Shown here in pieces: positions 32,303 to 41,677 of a DNA stretch of 64,000 bases (its first letter is position 1; each line of letters opens with the position of its first letter). The translations under genes were made by a program, and so were the position numbers. Below the pieces are notes generated by a model, which saw nothing but the letters and a program-made list of their open reading frames with translations, was not told where the DNA came from and did no database searches. This stretch comes from a bacterium (GTDB taxonomy: Bacteria; UBA8248), in contig CBDBZU010000004.1 of NCBI GenBank assembly GCA_965213625.1, forward strand, positions 3,200,001-3,264,000, in the 5' to 3' direction.

Positions 32303-33388
32303 TTATGCGCCCCCAAGCGCGCCCCGCCACATGCGGGGCGGGACCTCGACGCCCGGCTCTACCGCGCCGATTTTCCGCATCACGACGAACCGGGGACTCC
32401 CCCGGCGCGTTTTCTTGTCGCTGGCGAGCAGCCGCTTCAAGACCGCGAGTTTCGGAGGCTCCTCCATACGCGTGGGCAGCCCGAACCGCGTGAGCAGGGC
32501 CGTCAACCGCTCCACGTCCCCGCTCGCGCAGCGCCCCATCGCGCAGGATATCCGGCTCGCCGCGGACATGCCGATGGCGATGGCTTCTCCATGGAGCAGT
32601 GCGGACGAGTAACCCGCCAGCGCCTCCACCGCGTGTCCTAGCGTGTGCCCATAGTTGAGTATCTGCCTCAAACCGCCCTCGCGTTCGTCCTGCTCGACGA
32701 CCCTCGCCTTGATCCGACAATTCGTGGCGACGATGCGCTCCATGACGGCCTCGTCGCGCTCGAGAATCCGCGCCTCGTTTTTCTCGAGATAAGCGAACAG
32801 CCGGGCGTCCGCTATCGCCGCGTGCTTCACCACCTCGGCCAGCCCCGCCCTGAATTCCCGCTCGGGCAGCGACCTGAGCGAAGACGTATCGCTCACCACC
32901 GCTATCGGCTGATGAAACGCGCCCACGAGGTTCTTGCCCAGTCGGTGATCGATAGCCGTCTTGCCGCCCACCGCGCTGTCCACCTGGGCGAGGAGCGTTG
33001 TGGGCGCCTGAACGTAGGGAACTCCCCTCAGGAAGACGGCCGCGGCGAATCCGGTGATGTCGCCCACCACGCCTCCCCCTAAGGCCACGGCGCCGCAGCC
33101 CCTGTCCAGCCGCATGGACGCCATCTTGTCCAGTATCCGGGACAACTGCCGCATCGACTTGCTCGCCTCGCCCGCCGGAATCCTGAGGGCAGACGCCTGG
33201 ACGTCTGCCGCCGCGAGCAGAGCCAGCGTTTTTTCGGCATAGAGAGGCGCTACGTTCGTGTCCGAGACGACGAGCGCCCGCCCGCCCCTGAAATGGCGCA
33301 GGCAGACTTTGCCGATATCCCCGAGCGCGTCCGCCCCGATACGAATCGTGTAAGAGCGCTCCCCCAGATGAACCCGGACGTTCTTCAT
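32303..33388 (-). CDS. aroB: 3-dehydroquinate synthase
   Basis: GGGVVGD, PTTLLAQVDSAVGGKT, LNYGHT, HGEA; start MKNVRV overlaps pilM stop. Confidence 0.96.
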   Translation of the reverse strand: MKNVRVHLGERSYTIRIGADALGDIGKVCLRHFRGGRALVVSDTNVAPLYAEKTLALLAAADVQASALRIPAGEASKSMRQLSRILDKMASMRLDRGCGAVALGGGVVGDITGFAAAVFLRGVPYVQAPTTLLAQVDSAVGGKTAIDHRLGKNLVGAFHQPIAVVSDTSSLRSLPEREFRAGLAEVVKHAAIADARLFAYLEKNEARILERDEAVMERIVATNCRIKARVVEQDEREGGLRQILNYGHTLGHAVEALAGYSSALLHGEAIAIGMSAASRISCAMGRCASGDVERLTALLTRFGLPTRMEEPPKLAVLKRLLASDKKTRRGSPRFVVMRKIGAVEPGVEVPPRMWRGALGGA

Positions 33389-34434
33389 GCAGACTCCAAA
33401 GCGCGATACGCCAACCCCGCGCCGATGGCGGCGGCGGGAGCGACAGATTCCACGAGCGCCGAATCGAATTCCCCCTCGGGCGCTTCCACGAGGCGGAATG
33501 GATTCAGAATTTCCACGGGCGCATCGAACGCCGCCGCCAGACGTTCCGGCAGCTCCTCGAGCAGCGCGCCGCCTCCCGAGAGAACGATACGCTCCACCTG
33601 CGGGGCGGGCGTTACCCGCCACATCAACCGGAACGTCCTGTCCAGTTCGAAAGCCAGTTTTTTCGCCTCCACGCGGAGAACTTCCTCCAAAGCGTCGGGG
33701 TCGGCAGCGGACGCCTCTCCCTTTTTTACGGCCTCCGCCTCTTCACGTGAAATTACCAGACGATTCGACAACAATCGCGTCAGGCCCTCACCGCCGAACG
33801 GAACCGTCCTTGTAATCAGGGTATGATTGTCGCACACCACGTTCACCAGGGTCTCGGAAGCGCCGATATCCACCAGGGCGGTGATTTCCCCCGCTTCGTA
33901 CATTCCCGAGAGATCGAAGGCGCTATCCATCGCCAGAAAGTTCACATCCACGATCACAGGCTCATAATCGACGCGCTTCAGGAAAGCCAACAACGCATCG
34001 AGCGGCTCGCGCTTCACGGCGACCATCAGATACTCATCCAGCCTTTCCGCTCGTCTTTCGATCTGGCCGATTCGCAGGTGGGACAGGCGCACCTCCTCCA
34101 GGGGGAAGGGCAGCACCTGTATCGCTTCGGCCTCGATGGCGTCGGCGACGGGAAAATCCTCTTCGGCGGGCAGAAGCACCGTCCGCACCATGGCCGCCCT
34201 GCCAGAAAGGGCCACGACAACCTTCCTTCCCGCTTCCCCGCCCGGGAGCAATTCCGCCAACGCCCGCTCGACCTCCTCCGGGTCATGCACGAAGCCTCCC
34301 TGCACCGCTCCCGGAGCCAGGGAACACGCATCCAAGCGGGAGAGGACGAGACGCTTCTCTTTCCTTACGAGCTTCACCACCTTGACGGCGAAACTCCCGA
34401 TATCAATCGCCAAAGGCGCGGAATCGTCAGACAC
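33385..34434 (-). CDS. pilM: PilM-family actin-like ATPase
   Basis: AIDIGSFAVKVV, VDIGASET, FGGEGLT, LSGGGA, NPF, GLAYR. Confidence 0.85.
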   Translation of the reverse strand: MSDDSAPLAIDIGSFAVKVVKLVRKEKRLVLSRLDACSLAPGAVQGGFVHDPEEVERALAELLPGGEAGRKVVVALSGRAAMVRTVLLPAEEDFPVADAIEAEAIQVLPFPLEEVRLSHLRIGQIERRAERLDEYLMVAVKREPLDALLAFLKRVDYEPVIVDVNFLAMDSAFDLSGMYEAGEITALVDIGASETLVNVVCDNHTLITRTVPFGGEGLTRLLSNRLVISREEAEAVKKGEASAADPDALEEVLRVEAKKLAFELDRTFRLMWRVTPAPQVERIVLSGGGALLEELPERLAAAFDAPVEILNPFRLVEAPEGEFDSALVESVAPAAAIGAGLAYRALESA

Positions 34435-34457
34435 GATGGTTCTCTACCAGAAGAAGG

Positions 34458-35486
34458 CTAAAACAGCCGAATGGGCGCCAGTGTGAACGTAGAAATCAGG
34501 AGTATCATACACGCAAATCCCCAAAAACGCCTCTTGCGCGTCAGAGGCTCCCACTCATCCATAAGCGTTGGATGCCGCCGGCCCAGCGCGAGCACGATTA
34601 CGCTCCAGAGAATCCAGCCGGGCCACCAGTATCCCATGACCAAAAGAACGAGGCCGATAGCCACGGATATCTTCGGGTGCCACCTGCCGAGAAGCGTGTA
34701 GATAACGTGGCCTCCGTCGAGTTGTCCGGCGGGGATGAGATTGAGCGAGGTCACCAGCAACCCGCACCAGCCCGCAAAGGCCACCGGGTGGAGGAGGATG
34801 GTCTGGCCCTTGGGTATAGATCCGTATACCAGCCATGCGAGGCCGTCGAACAAAAGGGGCGTCCCCAGTCCGATGCCGAGCGAACTCCCGACGGGCGCGA
34901 GCCTGGACATCATCAACCCGACTAGCAGGGCTGGAACCGCCGCCGCCAGACCGGCCAGCGGCCCAGACACGGCCACGTCCATCAGGGCGTTCCGGTTCAC
35001 AATACCGCCGCGTATGCGGATGACCGCGCCGAACGTCCCCAGCAACGAGGGGGCCGGCAGGAAATAGGGCAGCGATGCGTCCACCCCCCACCTTCTGCTC
35101 GCGACGTAATGGCCCATCTCGTGCGCACCGAGGATCAGGAGCAGCGTCAGCGAATAGGGGAGCCCGGCCAGAAGCGCCGCCGGTTGCGTGAAGACGGCGT
35201 CCGGCGCATAGCCGCGCTGAAGCGCGCCCGCCATCAAGGTGGTGAGTAACGTGAGGATGAACATCAACGCAGGAACGCCTATGGCTCTCCAGGAGGTCCG
35301 GCGCACACGGGCTTTGCTCTCGAAAGCAGCCATGGGGATTTCTTCTTGCGCAGGGAGTGGAAATGACTCCGCATCGGACACCGGATCGTCCATGCGCTCA
35401 TCCCACTCTCGTTCTTTGCGCGGGGCCTCATGGAGAGGACGACCGCCCGGCCCGAGGTGTCCTGTTCGCTCGTTCAACGGCTGCAT
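34458..35486 (-). CDS. Site-2 protease (M50) membrane metalloprotease
   Basis: HEMGH, GTFGAVI, SGPLAG, NLIPAGQLDGGH; true start may be downstream. Confidence 0.9.
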   Translation of the reverse strand: MQPLNERTGHLGPGGRPLHEAPRKEREWDERMDDPVSDAESFPLPAQEEIPMAAFESKARVRRTSWRAIGVPALMFILTLLTTLMAGALQRGYAPDAVFTQPAALLAGLPYSLTLLLILGAHEMGHYVASRRWGVDASLPYFLPAPSLLGTFGAVIRIRGGIVNRNALMDVAVSGPLAGLAAAVPALLVGLMMSRLAPVGSSLGIGLGTPLLFDGLAWLVYGSIPKGQTILLHPVAFAGWCGLLVTSLNLIPAGQLDGGHVIYTLLGRWHPKISVAIGLVLLVMGYWWPGWILWSVIVLALGRRHPTLMDEWEPLTRKRRFWGFACMILLISTFTLAPIRLF

Positions 35487-35556
35487 CCACGGCGGGAGAA
35501 AACGAAAAATCTCGCATCGCGGGGAGTTTAACCCAACCCTTACGTTTCACGCACCC

Positions 35557-35585
35557 TTGACACTTCGCGCTTCAATTCTTACCCT
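35557..35585 (+). promoter_or_regulatory. Candidate sigma70 promoter for the LpoA-like gene
   Basis: TTGACA-17 nt-TACCCT, about 32 nt before the ATG at 35618. Confidence 0.5.
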
Positions 35586-35617
35586 CGGCAGTGACCCGGT
35601 TCGCCCTTGAGAAAAAA

Positions 35618-37648
35618 ATGTCCACCGCCACATTCAGATTCATGCTCGCCGCTGCTCTCGGCGCATCCCTCCTCACCGGATGCAAGCTGGACACAGGCCC
35701 GGAGACCGCGCCCAAGCCCGCCGTTCGCATGCCCGCATCGGTAACGAAGGCCGAAACACCGCCGACACCCGAGCCCGCCCCGCAAAAGGCGCTGGCCGAA
35801 GGCTCCAGAAACTGGTCGGCCCCCGCCCCGGCGACGCCCCGGACGCCACCGGCGGCGCTGAGAGCGAAACTCGATAAAAACCCGGCCGCCCGCGACGCCG
35901 ACAAGACACTGCTCGACATCGCCAAACACCAGCTCGCGCGCGGGGAGCTGGAATCTGCGGCGCAAAGCCTCACACGCCTCCAGGAGAAATTTCCTTTATC
36001 ACCCCTTTATACGGAGAGCGCATTCTACCTGGGCCTCGCGCTCCAGGCTTCAGGCCGGGATGATGAAGCCTGGATCTCGCTCAGAAGCGCTTTGAGCAAG
36101 GAAACGACCCCCGAGAGACGCGCGCTGCTCGAAGCCTCCCTGGGAGCGGTCTATGAACAGCGCGGCGAACCCTTCCCCGCCCTGCTCTCCTATGCGCGCG
36201 CATTGAAGAGCGACTCTGAACTTTTCGGAAAGCGTCTCCTCATCGGGCGCATCGAGGCGCTGGCGCAGGAAATCACGCCGCACCGGCTTCGCACAGCGGC
36301 CGAGCAATTCGCCGGGACGCCTGCAGGGATGTATCTGCAAACGGCTCTGGCGGATCGAGAACAGCAGGAAAAATCCGACAAGACCGCACGCGAAGATGCG
36401 CCCCCGAAAAGCGCAGAAGATAAGGAGGGTACGACCACGGCCACCTATTCGGGGCGCGTGGGCATCATGCTCCCGCTATCGGGCGCCTTGGGCGCCGCGG
36501 GCGGGCGCGTATATGACGGCATTCGACTGGCGCTGCGGCACAGTTTAGCGAAATACCCCGACTTGCGGGTTCAACTCGCTGTCCGTGACACGAAAAGTAC
36601 GGCGCAATCCGCAGGCGACGCGGCGGAAGTGGCCGCCGAACTCATCGAGAAAGAACAGGCGATCTCCCTCATCGGACCGCTCATCACCGAGGCAGCGGAG
36701 TCCGCCGCCCAAGTCGCGAACCGCCTGAAAACCCCCATGCTCACGCCATTCGCGCTCAGGATGCGCATGAACCCCGGATTCACCTGGGTGTTCCGCAATT
36801 CGCTCACGAACCGGCTGCAGGCGCAGGGCATCGCCGCCTATGCGGTCCAGCAAATGGGCGTGCGGCGCTTCGCCGTCCTCTATCCGGCGGAGCACGACGG
36901 GATAGAAATGACCGACGCCTTCACCCAAGCGGTGGAGAACCTGGGGGGCGAGGTCGTCAAAATCATTTCGTTTCCCGAAAACGCCACCGACTTCAGGGCG
37001 CAGATGCGCGCGCTCGGCGGCATGGACGACCGCCAGTTGAAGAGGACGAAGCGATCGCTGGGTCTCAGCAAGTCGGACACGTATCAGATCCCGCTGAACT
37101 TCGAGGCGCTCTTCGTGCCCGTCCGCCATAAGAAGGCGGTGCTCATCGCGCCGCAGGTCCCCTTCTACAACATGCGCGAGGTCAGGCTCCTGGGCGGCAG
37201 CGGATGGAACAATCCCCGCCTGCTCGAACACGGGGAGCGCTACGTTGAGGGCGCGGTCTTCGTGGATGGATTTTTCTCAGGCTCTGCAGAACCCAAAGTC
37301 GCGCGTTTCGTGAACGAGTTCAAAAGCATTTTCGGCCGGACGCCGGACATCTTCTCGGCCCTGGGCTACGACACAGCGCAGATCGTCTTCGAAGCGCTCG
37401 CCATGGGCGCCAGGACGCGGGAGGACGTGAGGCGATACCTCGCCGCTCTCCGGGGCTTCGAGGGCGTCATGGGACTGACGGACATGGGGCCGGACAACGA
37501 CGCGCGCCGCCAGTTGTTCGTGTTGTCGGTCGAGAAGAAGAAAATCCGGCATCTCCAGATGATCACGCCGCACAGGAGGTTCGCGGGAGACGCGCCAACA
37601 GGCGAGAACGCGCGTCTTTTGCCTGCGCCGATTCCACCAACGCAATGA
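35618..37648 (+). CDS. LpoA/LppC-like penicillin-binding protein activator lipoprotein
   Basis: Lipobox LTGC, Pro-rich linker, TPR region, then periplasmic-binding fold VGIMLPLSG...IGPL...ALGYD...FEGVMG. Confidence 0.75.
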   Translation: MSTATFRFMLAAALGASLLTGCKLDTGPETAPKPAVRMPASVTKAETPPTPEPAPQKALAEGSRNWSAPAPATPRTPPAALRAKLDKNPAARDADKTLLDIAKHQLARGELESAAQSLTRLQEKFPLSPLYTESAFYLGLALQASGRDDEAWISLRSALSKETTPERRALLEASLGAVYEQRGEPFPALLSYARALKSDSELFGKRLLIGRIEALAQEITPHRLRTAAEQFAGTPAGMYLQTALADREQQEKSDKTAREDAPPKSAEDKEGTTTATYSGRVGIMLPLSGALGAAGGRVYDGIRLALRHSLAKYPDLRVQLAVRDTKSTAQSAGDAAEVAAELIEKEQAISLIGPLITEAAESAAQVANRLKTPMLTPFALRMRMNPGFTWVFRNSLTNRLQAQGIAAYAVQQMGVRRFAVLYPAEHDGIEMTDAFTQAVENLGGEVVKIISFPENATDFRAQMRALGGMDDRQLKRTKRSLGLSKSDTYQIPLNFEALFVPVRHKKAVLIAPQVPFYNMREVRLLGGSGWNNPRLLEHGERYVEGAVFVDGFFSGSAEPKVARFVNEFKSIFGRTPDIFSALGYDTAQIVFEALAMGARTREDVRRYLAALRGFEGVMGLTDMGPDNDARRQLFVLSVEKKKIRHLQMITPHRRFAGDAPTGENARLLPAPIPPTQ

Positions 37649-37672
37649 GGTGAAGCGAAAGCCGGAACATCC

Positions 37673-37857
37673 GGGGGTTGTTGAAAGAGTCTTGATTCCG
37701 TGATTCGGTTCGACGGATGTGAAGGTGTATGTCGGACATATATGTCCGACATACATGCGACCCTGCCTTTTACGCCCGCCGACCACGGGCCGCATATATG
37801 CGGCCCCTACACGACCATCATACCCGCTCTAGATACGGGGAGTTTTCGACAAAACCC
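37673..37857. repeat. MITE/REP-like unit with two perfect palindromes
   Basis: Ends GGGGGTTGTTGAAAG and (reverse) GGGTTTTGTCGAAAA; palindromes at 37726-37755 (30 bp) and 37787-37806 (20 bp, followed by CTAC). Confidence 0.65.
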
Positions 37858-37905
37858 AGTCCAGGGCGGAATACTTGAAGCGCGAGTCTCAAACCAGGGT
37901 TCGCC

Positions 37906-38688
37906 TCAAATCTGAATCGCGCCGCAGGAGATGGTGTAGGCCTGTCCGGTGATGCCGGCCGCCTCTTCGCTCGCGAGGTATAAGGCCATGGCGGCGATCT
38001 CCTCGGGCGCGAGGAAACGCCCCATCGGAATGTCGTCCCGGTAGCGATTCATAACCGCCTCCGCGCTCTCTCCACCCTCCATTTGTGCGGCGAGACCTTC
38101 CCTGAAAGTGGCGACCATTCCCGTATCCACGAAGCCTGGGCAAATCGCGTTCACGGTGACGCCCGCCGACGCCGCTTCGAGCGCCACCGAGCGAACCAGG
38201 CCCAGGACGCCGTGCTTCGCCGCGTGGTAGGCGCTGCGGTTCGGCCCGCCGATCTTGCCCGACACCGAGCTTATCGCGATGAGTCGGCCCCAGCCGCGCT
38301 CGGTCATGCCGCCGATGGCCGCACGAAATGTGTAGAAGGCGCCGTTTAAGTTCACGCGCATCATTTCGTCCCAAAGGGCGTCGGTGGTCTCGCCGAGCGG
38401 CGCGTGGACGAGCGCGCCCGCGTTGGCGACCAGGACGTCCACGCCGCCCAACTCCCGGCTCGCGCGCTCAAGCGCATCTTCCACGCCCTGTGAATCGCCC
38501 ACGTCGCAGGGAATCGCCAGAGAACGCCTCCCCTTTTCCTCTATCTCCTTAGCGACCGCGTCGATTTCGGCGCGCGTTCTCGCGGCGACGGCCACGTCCG
38601 CGCCCGCCTCTGCGAATTTGAGCGCGATGGCGCGACCGATGCCCCGCCCGCCGCCCGTTACGAACGCACGCTTGCCCTCAAGCCGCAT
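37906..38688 (-). CDS. SDR family oxidoreductase
   Basis: TGGGRGIG, ANAG, YHAAK, NAICPGFVDT. Confidence 0.92.
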   Translation of the reverse strand: MRLEGKRAFVTGGGRGIGRAIALKFAEAGADVAVAARTRAEIDAVAKEIEEKGRRSLAIPCDVGDSQGVEDALERASRELGGVDVLVANAGALVHAPLGETTDALWDEMMRVNLNGAFYTFRAAIGGMTERGWGRLIAISSVSGKIGGPNRSAYHAAKHGVLGLVRSVALEAASAGVTVNAICPGFVDTGMVATFREGLAAQMEGGESAEAVMNRYRDDIPMGRFLAPEEIAAMALYLASEEAAGITGQAYTISCGAIQI

Positions 38689-39775
38689 GGGCGCTCTCCC
38701 CTGTCCTCATCATATGAACGTCCAAGGACAGATTATCGAAGAAAATCTCCACCTCGCGGAGGACGGCGTCCATTTCCTCCATCCGGTTCACCCGCTCGCG
38801 CATCACCGAGCCTCCCCGCAGCCCTTTCGTGTAGGCGGGCAGATGCTTCCGGGAATGGAACACGGCGAGCCGCTCGCCCAGCACCTCTCTTAAGAGCTCC
38901 AGGTGACGAAGGGCCATGTTCTTCTTCTCGGCCAAGCCGGGTGGTGCAGGCAATTCCCCGGTTTTGAGCCAACGGAGCAGGCGCGAGAAAATCCACGGGT
39001 TGCCGACCGCGCCGCGCCCGATCATCAGGGCGTCCACGCCGGTGCGGCGGATCATGGCGATGGCGTCCTGTGGACTCAGGATGCTGCCGTTTCCCATAAC
39101 GGGCACCTTGACCGCGCGCTTCACACGCGCGATGGCGTCCAGATCCACTGCGCCGCTGAACATGGCCTGGCGTGTTCTGCCGTGCACGGTGATGGCCCTG
39201 GCGCCTGCGTCTTCCACCGCCCGCGCGAAAACCTCCGCAGAGTTTTTCTCGATCGTGTCCCAGCCTGTGCGCATTTTCACCGTCACGGGGATTCGCACCG
39301 CGCGCACCATGGCGGAGACGATTTCGTGCGCCCGCTCGGGGTATCTCAGCAGGGAGGAGCCTGCCTGGTTTTTCGTAATCTTCTTAACGGGGCACCCGCA
39401 GTTGAGATCGACGATATCGGCGCCCGCTTCTTCCACGATGGCCGCCGCCTCGCCCATCTGGACCGGGTCCGCGCCGAAAAGCTGGATGGAGACCGGTTTT
39501 TCCGCCGCATCGTTTCGCATGAGGTCGTATGTTTTCTTGTGCCGCCGGACGAGGGCCTGGCTGCTCACCATCTCGGTGGCCACCATGCCTGCGCCGTGCG
39601 ACTTGACCAGCGTGCGGAAGGGCAGATTCGTATAGCCCGCCATGGGCGCCATGACGAGGCGATTTTCGAGCCTGACGCCTCCGATATCCAAAGGCGCATC
39701 GAAACCCTCGGGCGGCGGTGGAACGGCCTCCATGGACTCCTCGCAAACGCTCGGGCCCGCTTCTTCTGGGCGCAT
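38678..39775 (-). CDS. dusB: tRNA-dihydrouridine synthase B
   Basis: APMAG, QLFG, DLNCGCP, TVHGRT, GNG, IGRGAVGNPW. Confidence 0.92.
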   Translation of the reverse strand: MRPEEAGPSVCEESMEAVPPPPEGFDAPLDIGGVRLENRLVMAPMAGYTNLPFRTLVKSHGAGMVATEMVSSQALVRRHKKTYDLMRNDAAEKPVSIQLFGADPVQMGEAAAIVEEAGADIVDLNCGCPVKKITKNQAGSSLLRYPERAHEIVSAMVRAVRIPVTVKMRTGWDTIEKNSAEVFARAVEDAGARAITVHGRTRQAMFSGAVDLDAIARVKRAVKVPVMGNGSILSPQDAIAMIRRTGVDALMIGRGAVGNPWIFSRLLRWLKTGELPAPPGLAEKKNMALRHLELLREVLGERLAVFHSRKHLPAYTKGLRGGSVMRERVNRMEEMDAVLREVEIFFDNLSLDVHMMRTGESAHAA

Positions 39776-39796
39776 CAGTCTTTCCTCCCGATACCG

Positions 39797-40921
39797 CTAT
39801 TCACTCCACGCCTCTCCCAGTTCCCAGGATGGGTCCGCATCCATGTCCGCATAGTCCATGAATTGCTCGCTTCCACGTTCTCGCAGCCTGAAACCGCCCG
39901 CGCAGGCGATCATCGCGGCGTTGTCCGTGCAGTATTTGCGCGCGGGGAAATGGAGCGACCAGCTTTCCCGCTCCGCCCGTTCGGCCAGCCTCTTGCGCAG
40001 ATACGAATTCGCGGCCACGCCCCCACTCACGGAGACGGCGGGCAGTTTTTCCCTGCGAACCACCCTGCTCACCTTCTCCACCAGCACCTCCACCGCCGCT
40101 TCCTGAAAGCCCGCGGCCACGGCGCACGCCACCTCTTCGGGAACTTCCTGGGGACGCGCCCAGGGGGGGAGGTTCCTGTCGCTCAGGTAGAGTCCTCTTT
40201 CTTTCTGGTAGTTTAACACAGCCGTTTTCAGGCCACTAAAGCTGAAGGCGTAAGGCCTGTCCGCAAGGAACGGCCTGGGAAACTCGACCGGGGCGGCGCC
40301 GCTCCCGTTGGTCTCCAGAAACTTCGCGTGCAGACGATCGACGATGGGGCCGCCCGGATAGCCCAGCCCCATGATGGCCGCCACCTTGTCGTAGGCCTCG
40401 CCCAGGGCGTCATCCAGAGTGCCGCCCAGGTGCGTGACTTCGGAATGCCCGTCCACGCGGTAGAAATCCGTATGCCCGCCCGAGACCACGAAACCCAGAT
40501 GGGGAAACGGGGGCGGAGCGTCGTTCTCATCTCCGGTGGGTAGAAACAAGGAATGAACGTGTCCGTCCAGATGATGCACGCCGATGAGGGGGAGGCGCAG
40601 GCTCCAAGCCAGGCCCTTCGCCGCGGAGAGGCCCACGAGCAGGGCCACCACCAGGCCGGGGCCGCGCGTGACGGCCACGGCGTCGACTTCTTTCGCCGAA
40701 AGCGAGGCTTCCTCCAGGGCCGTTTCGAGGACGGGCGCTATCATCTCCACGTGGCGGCGGGCCGCGAGTTCGGGGACCACGCCGCCAAAACGCGCATGTA
40801 TCTCGTGCTGCGAGGCCACGACGTTGGAGAGAACCCTGGGGGCGGAGTTCTCCTCGAACTCAAGGACAGCTGCCGCCGTCTCGTCGCAACTCGTCTCCAC
40901 GCCCAGGATATACATTTTCAT
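39797..40921 (-). CDS. tsaD: tRNA N6-threonylcarbamoyltransferase
   Basis: LGVETSCDET, GGVVPELAARRH, VSGGHT, GEAYDK, FSFSGLKT, CTDNAAMI. Confidence 0.97.
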   Translation of the reverse strand: MKMYILGVETSCDETAAAVLEFEENSAPRVLSNVVASQHEIHARFGGVVPELAARRHVEMIAPVLETALEEASLSAKEVDAVAVTRGPGLVVALLVGLSAAKGLAWSLRLPLIGVHHLDGHVHSLFLPTGDENDAPPPFPHLGFVVSGGHTDFYRVDGHSEVTHLGGTLDDALGEAYDKVAAIMGLGYPGGPIVDRLHAKFLETNGSGAAPVEFPRPFLADRPYAFSFSGLKTAVLNYQKERGLYLSDRNLPPWARPQEVPEEVACAVAAGFQEAAVEVLVEKVSRVVRREKLPAVSVSGGVAANSYLRKRLAERAERESWSLHFPARKYCTDNAAMIACAGGFRLRERGSEQFMDYADMDADPSWELGEAWSE

Positions 40922-41076
40922 ACTCGCTTCGTTTGTGTGCGCTTCTCATCAAATTACGCATCATGGGAATACGGGAATTTACGCGGGGAAGCAACGCCCA
41001 CCGGAGTGTGAAGATGGGAATTGGGGAGTCATTGCTCCTTTCAGGGTCTGCTACGACCACACGGGGGAGCGGCCTT

Positions 41077-41305
41077 GGACAGGCAGAGGGGCCTGTCCGC
41101 TACATTGCAATATCGGGTAGGCAGGTATCCGCTCCCCCTTTGAGGGGTCGGGCATCCCGAGGGAAATGCCCGACGATAAAGACCCCTTTTAAAGAGTAAA
41201 GGAGACACCTCTCACGACTGGAAAAAGCTGCAAACACTCGCTTTTCGGGGTTGTTGAAAACCCCCTCGATGCGGGAATACCACCGTCATTCCGGCGAAAG
41301 CCGGA
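41077..41305. repeat. REP cluster: GTAG-type hairpin, IS1182-IR-like motif, CGTC-type hairpin
   Basis: GGACAGGC..GCCTGTCC-GCTAC (41077-41103); GGGGTTGTTGAAAACCCCC (41247-41265); CGTCATTCCGGCGAAAGCCGGA (41284-41305). Confidence 0.6.
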
Positions 41306-41677
41306 TGCGAAAACCGATAGATGATAAAGAATCAAGAGAAACTCCATGGTTTCCCGGAAACATTGAAAGCATTTGCATAATTTTTTCTTGGCAGACCGAT
41401 AATTTTCATGTAACAATGCCGGAAATAGTTCACGAGTGTTCGAAACACTTGACTCAAAAACACTCATATTTCATCTGCGCGGGCAGTTCGCGAGACGCAT
41501 CCCACCGACGAGGGATTCGGCATGGCGAATGACACGAACCAAAAATCCCTGACAACCTATTCCACGACAACGTACCGAATGCAGCGATAGCCGGGGCTAC
41601 GCAGCGGAGGAGTACGTGAATGAACCTGTTGAATATACCAATTTCAAACTCTGAATACCGACGATAAGGAGAAGGTG

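Noticed and set aside
37673-37857. Possible CRISPR or attC array
   Set aside because: Only two non-identical palindromes, no regular repeat-spacer period, and no cas or integrase gene
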